Of a stretch of DNA of 47,425 nt, positions 42,870-47,425 are shown one piece after another; position 1 is the first letter of the stretch; every line of letters begins with the position of its first letter. The DNA lies in assembly GCA_016186915.1 (NCBI GenBank), contig JACPKU010000001.1, positions 1 through 47,425 of the forward strand, given 5' to 3'. The stretch is from Candidatus Doudnabacteria bacterium. Lineage in GTDB: Bacteria; Patescibacteriota; Doudnabacteria; UBA920; O2-02-FULL-48-8. Position numbers and translations under genes: made by a program. A model generated the notes under the pieces. It had not been told where the DNA came from, made no database searches, and saw only the letters and a program-made list of their open reading frames with translations.

Positions 42870-43412
42870 ATGAATGTATCAGGTAGTTTTCTAGATCCCG
42901 AAAAGATTCTTTTTCAAGCGGGATTGAGCAAGACTCAAACCGTGGTTGATCTGGGCACTGGCAGCGGATTTTACGCCCTGGCTGCTTCCAAGATTGTCGG
43001 CGAACAAGGCCGGGTTTTTGTTGTCGATATTTTGGAAAGCGCTTTATCTCATATTTCTTCCGAGGCCAGAGTGAAGGGGCTGCGCAATATCCAGACACTC
43101 AGATGTGACCTGGAGCTGCCCCGTGCCTGCGCTTCAATCAATGAGGGGGTGGCAGATTTTGTAATCTTTGCCAATGTCCTCCATGAAGTCACGAATAAAA
43201 ACAACATGTTTTCCGAAGCTTTTAGGTTATTAAAGACCGGCGGCAAGCTCTTGATCATTGAATGGAACGACACTCCAAGCCCGATTGGCCCGGAGAGCGA
43301 GGTTCGGGTTCCACAGCAGGAGGCTTCAGATTATGCTCAAAAAACCAAACTGAGATTACTCAGGCGCATTGACACCGATCAATATCACTACGGCTTGTTA
43401 TTTGTTAAATAA
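42870..43412 (+). CDS. class I SAM-dependent methyltransferase
   Basis: VVDLGTGSGFYA motif I and the LKTGGKLLIIEW post-II region. Confidence 0.8.
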   Translation: MNVSGSFLDPEKILFQAGLSKTQTVVDLGTGSGFYALAASKIVGEQGRVFVVDILESALSHISSEARVKGLRNIQTLRCDLELPRACASINEGVADFVIFANVLHEVTNKNNMFSEAFRLLKTGGKLLIIEWNDTPSPIGPESEVRVPQQEASDYAQKTKLRLLRRIDTDQYHYGLLFVK

Positions 43413-43426
43413 TCGACTTAAATACT

Positions 43427-43822
43427 ATGTTATTTGATCCAAATTTTTGGTTTGTCCAACCAGCTTTAACTTTAGCAAAAGCCGATCTGGTTTTGGGGTA
43501 TGTGTTTGCAGTTTTGTTGGGATTAGCAATCCTTGCAAGAATCGCAAAGATATTTACTCGGCATAAAGTTGTCAGCAAGCTTTTAAACAAATTATTTTAT
43601 TTGAATTTGGTGATTGGTATTTTAGGGTTGTTCTGGTTTGGATTGAGGTTTGAGAGCACTCCAATTTTTTCAACCAGATTCTGGGTCGGCTTGGTAATTT
43701 TGGGGGGGATAATCTGGCTGGGGTTTTTCTTCAAATATCTGATATTTAACTTTTTTACTGAACGGCGTGAATTTGATGCGCTGCTTTTAAAAAACAAATA
43801 CATTCCTGGAAAAAAGAAATGA
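43427..43822 (+). CDS. membrane protein, unknown function
   Basis: Three to four hydrophobic helices and no recognised motif. Confidence 0.5.
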   Translation: MLFDPNFWFVQPALTLAKADLVLGYVFAVLLGLAILARIAKIFTRHKVVSKLLNKLFYLNLVIGILGLFWFGLRFESTPIFSTRFWVGLVILGGIIWLGFFFKYLIFNFFTERREFDALLLKNKYIPGKKK

Positions 43823-44193
43823 CCAGCAATTTAGGGAGGGCGGGGGAAGAGCTGACGGCTCGCCATTATGAAGCTCAGGGCTATACACTTGTGGCAAAAA
43901 ATTTTCGACCGCCATTTGGTAAACAGACAGGGGAATTGGATTTGATAGAAAGCAAGGAGAAAGAATTGGTTTTTGTGGAGGTCAAGACCCGCAGTGGCAC
44001 CAAGTTCGGCACACCGTTTGATTCGGTGGATAAAAGCAAACAGAAAAAGCTGGTGACCACTGCTAAAATTTTTCTGAAATTAAACCCAAAATTTAAAGAT
44101 TATAATATCAGGTTTGATGTGGCCGCGGTTGATATTGACAACTGGCAAGAACCTGTTATAATACTAATGAATGCGATAGAAGATCTTGATTAA
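43819..44193 (+). CDS. yraN: YraN family (UPF0102) endonuclease-like protein
   Basis: GRAGEELTARHYEAQGYTLVAKNF...GELDLI...LVFVEVKTR is the typical YraN motif. Confidence 0.85.
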   Translation: MTSNLGRAGEELTARHYEAQGYTLVAKNFRPPFGKQTGELDLIESKEKELVFVEVKTRSGTKFGTPFDSVDKSKQKKLVTTAKIFLKLNPKFKDYNIRFDVAAVDIDNWQEPVIILMNAIEDLD

Positions 44194-44216
44194 TCCCGCC
44201 GTCTAGCGGGATTTTA
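44192..44216 (+). terminator. rho-independent terminator
   Basis: AATCCCGC (44192-44199) / GCGGGATT (44206-44213), followed by TT. Confidence 0.65.
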
Positions 44217-44224
44217 TAAAAATT

Positions 44225-45388
44225 ATGAATGAACAATTCGAAACGGCACTGAATCAGATTGCTGAAGAAAAGGACATAGATAAGGCTGAGATTCTCAACA
44301 TGATTGAGGTTTCTTTAGCTGCGGCATTCCGCAAGGATTACGGCAAGAAAGACCAGAACATAGTAGTTGAGTTTTTGCCAGAGACTTTGGGGACCAAGGT
44401 TTTTGATGTGAAAAAGGTGGTTGAGGTAGTGGAAGATACAGCAAAGGAAATTTCTTTGGATGATGCGAAAAAATTGTCCGCCAAAGGCGGATCCGCCTCT
44501 GGCGGAAAAAAAACAGCCAAAATTGGCGATGAAATCAGAACTGACATTACCCCTAAAACTGGGGCGAAATTTGGCCGCATCGCAGCCCAGACCGCCAAGC
44601 AAGTGATCGTGCAGAAAATCCGCGAAGCTGAGCGCGGGGTGCTGTTTACGGATTTTAAATCTAAGGAGCGGCAGCTGGTCTCTGGAATGATCCAGCGGCT
44701 TGAAGGCGAAACTGTGTTGGTTGATCTGGGTAAGGCCACAGGAGTCTTGTTTCCTTCCGAACAAATCAAAGGCGAAAAATACAACATGGGAAGCAGGATC
44801 AAGGTCCTTATTTTGCACGTTGAGCCAACTGCTAAGGGTCCGAAAATTACTTTATCCCGATCGCACCCTGACGTGGTGCGCCGGCTGTTCGAATTGGAAG
44901 TGCCCGAGATTCACAACGGCATCGTGGAAATCAAGGGCGTCTCGAGAGAAGCGGGGTCTAGAAGCAAGGTTGCTGTCTGGTCTTCACAAGACGGCGTGGA
45001 TCCGATAGGCGCTTGTGTCGGCCAGCGTGGCAGTAGAGTGCAAGTGGTGATGAACGAACTGAGCGGAGAAAAGATTGATATTATTTCTTGGTCCGAAGAT
45101 TCCGTGAAGTTTATTGCCAATGCCCTTTCCCCCGCCAAAATTTTAAATGTTGAACTCAACGAGGCGGCCAAAGAAGCTAAAGTGGGCGTGCTTTCTGATC
45201 AGCTCTCTTTAGCAATTGGCAAGGCCGGACAAAATGTTAGGTTGGCGGCAAGACTGACTGGTTGGAAGATTGATATTATGGAAGAGAAGATTGCCGGGGA
45301 GGAAACTAAAGAACCGGAAGAAGCAGAAGCGGTGGTTGGAGAAAAGCCAGCAGAAGGAACTAATGGAGAAATTCCAAATGACAAATAA
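44225..45388 (+). CDS. nusA: transcription termination/antitermination factor NusA carrying an in-frame repeat insertion
   Basis: FGRIAAQTAKQVIVQKIREAER, an S1 domain, and two KH domains (GACVGQRGSRV, AIGKAGQNVRLA). There is an extra AKGGSASGGK loop in the N-terminal domain. Confidence 0.95.
   Translation: MNEQFETALNQIAEEKDIDKAEILNMIEVSLAAAFRKDYGKKDQNIVVEFLPETLGTKVFDVKKVVEVVEDTAKEISLDDAKKLSAKGGSASGGKKTAKIGDEIRTDITPKTGAKFGRIAAQTAKQVIVQKIREAERGVLFTDFKSKERQLVSGMIQRLEGETVLVDLGKATGVLFPSEQIKGEKYNMGSRIKVLILHVEPTAKGPKITLSRSHPDVVRRLFELEVPEIHNGIVEIKGVSREAGSRSKVAVWSSQDGVDPIGACVGQRGSRVQVVMNELSGEKIDIISWSEDSVKFIANALSPAKILNVELNEAAKEAKVGVLSDQLSLAIGKAGQNVRLAARLTGWKIDIMEEKIAGEETKEPEEAEAVVGEKPAEGTNGEIPNDK
44477..44509 (+). 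repeat. 33-nt GC-rich double-hairpin element, in-frame copy 3
   Basis: TCCGCCAAAGGCGGATCCGCCTCTGGCGGAAAA. Confidence 0.85.
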
Positions 45389-45514
45389 CAAATTCCAAAT
45401 AAGCTCCAAATTACAAATCTCAAGTTCCAAATCAAGCTCCAAACCTTGGAATTTGGATTTTGATGCTTGAAATTTATTTGTTATTTGATGCTTGTGATTT
45501 AAGATTTAAAATTT
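45372..45514. repeat. A-word/T-word inverted repeat, family 1, long copy b
   Basis: TTCCAAATGACAAATAACAAA...AAATAAGCTCCAAAT ... ATTTATTTGTTATTTGATGCTTG. Its left end includes the last 5 codons and the stop of nusA. Its right end abuts the clpP ATG. Confidence 0.7.
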
Positions 45515-46114
45515 ATGCCTAACAAAGAACCTAGCATGCCCTTAGTCCCAATGGTTGTAGAAAAATCTCAGATGGGTGAGCGGGCGTTTGATATTTATTC
45601 GCGCTTGCTTAAAGAGCGGATTATTTTTCTGGGTGAGGTGATCGACGATCATGTGGCAAATTTGATCATTGCCCAGCTGTTGTTCTTAGAAGCAGAGGAT
45701 CCCAAAAAAGACATCAAACTTTACATCAACTCTCCCGGCGGATCAGTTACCTCGGCTTTGGCGATTTACGACACCATGCAATATGTTAAGCCCGAAGTAG
45801 CGACTGTCTGTATCGGTCAAGCAGCTTCTGCCGCCGCCATACTTTTGGCTTCCGGAGAAAAGGGAAAAAGAATGTCTCTGCCCAACGCCCGCGTAATGTT
45901 GCATCAAGTGATGGGCGGGGCTGAAGGACAGGCCAAAGACGTAGAGATTCAGACGAAAGAGATGGTGCGGGTTAAAAATCAGATTAACCAGATTTTGGTT
46001 AAGCACTCTGGCCAGACTTTGAAAAAGATTGAAACTGACACTGACCGAGATTTCTTTATGATCCCGGAAGAAGCCAAAGCGTATGGTCTTATAGATAAGG
46101 TAATTACGTCTTGA
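45515..46114 (+). CDS. clpP: ATP-dependent Clp protease proteolytic subunit
   Basis: [30 protein letters not shown] (catalytic Ser) and MLHQVMGG (His). Confidence 0.97.
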   Translation: MPNKEPSMPLVPMVVEKSQMGERAFDIYSRLLKERIIFLGEVIDDHVANLIIAQLLFLEAEDPKKDIKLYINSPGGSVTSALAIYDTMQYVKPEVATVCIGQAASAAAILLASGEKGKRMSLPNARVMLHQVMGGAEGQAKDVEIQTKEMVRVKNQINQILVKHSGQTLKKIETDTDRDFFMIPEEAKAYGLIDKVITS

Positions 46115-46139
46115 CAAGGTTTTGAGAATAGCTTATAAT
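46111..46139 (+). promoter_or_regulatory. perfect-consensus promoter, TTGACA-17-TATAAT
   Basis: TTGACA at 46111-46116 overlaps the clpP stop. TATAAT at 46134-46139. About 440 nt upstream of the 16S start. Confidence 0.6.
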
Positions 46140-46266
46140 TTAATTACCATTAAAACACAAGGAGACATTAAAAACCTAACATAATCATTTTTGAGCCTCC
46201 GCCTTCGCCAAGGCTACGGCGGACAAGAATTTCTTTGATCCCTACGGTAGAAGCTGGGATATCGAG

Positions 46267-46290
46267 AAACACGAGAAGCTCGTGTTTTTA
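46267..46290 (+). terminator. terminator-like hairpin
   Basis: ACACGAG (46269-46275) / CTCGTGT (46279-46285), followed by TTTT. Confidence 0.5.
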
Positions 46291-46575
46291 TGTCGCTTTA
46301 ATGGGGTACATTAACAAAAGAATACCAATAAATTTTGCAGATAATTTATTGGGAATAAGCCCGGTAGTATTACACTACCGGATAATACAATCGTCAATAA
46401 CTTTGATTCCACAGGCCTTTGAACAATGAGCCTTTGAAAAAATCATTGTTCGCCAGTTCTAATCTGATTTCAGATTTGAACTCTTGAGTCTTTTCCCGAA
46501 AGGGAAAAAGATAGGAAATTCGGCTTTGCCGAATTTCCGGGATAAGAGAAAACCGCAGGTTGTCTCTTATACCTT

Positions 46576-47425
<850 letters not shown>

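Overview
This is a low-GC, gene-dense bacterial chromosome segment. Hand-counted backbone lines are about 35-45% GC, and almost all backbone genes run co-directionally on the + strand. The backbone carries core information-processing genes: infB-rbfA-nrnA-ftsK-rodZ-recA, lspA, lexA, yifB/comM, galU, ftsH, rnc-smc, rpsP-KH-trmD-rluD-rplS, rny-ymdB, yraN, nusA and clpP. It also has three tRNAs (Ile-UAU, Leu-UAG, Val-GAC, all with encoded CCA) and the first ~850 nt of a 16S rRNA gene at the right edge. A tandem array of VirB2-like pilin paralogs, a 16S gene with a ~115-nt AT-rich V1 insertion and a variant 515 site, and very little metabolism suggest a Candidate Phyla Radiation / Patescibacteria (Parcubacteria-like) organism; that assignment is inference. 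Four things stand out. (1) A ~7-kb island at 21.45-28.4 kb is about 65-73% GC in counted lines. It holds seven minus-strand genes that encode only secreted or membrane proteins with no function I recognise. The island sits between the pilin array and tRNA-Leu and is driven by three near-identical backbone-style extended -10 promoters. (2) A single high-GC prs gene lies on the minus strand next to tRNA-Ile(UAU) and a tRNA 3' remnant. (3) A GC-rich double-hairpin repeat is inserted in frame, as the same 33 nt encoding (A/T)KGGSASGGK, in lexA, trmD and nusA. Related GC-rich palindromes interrupt rluD and smc. (4) Two families of ~80-145-nt A-word/T-word inverted repeats fill whole intergenic spacers, and one of them shares a 21/24-nt segment with the 16S V1 insertion. 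No CRISPR array, integrase, transposase or recognisable defence genes were seen.
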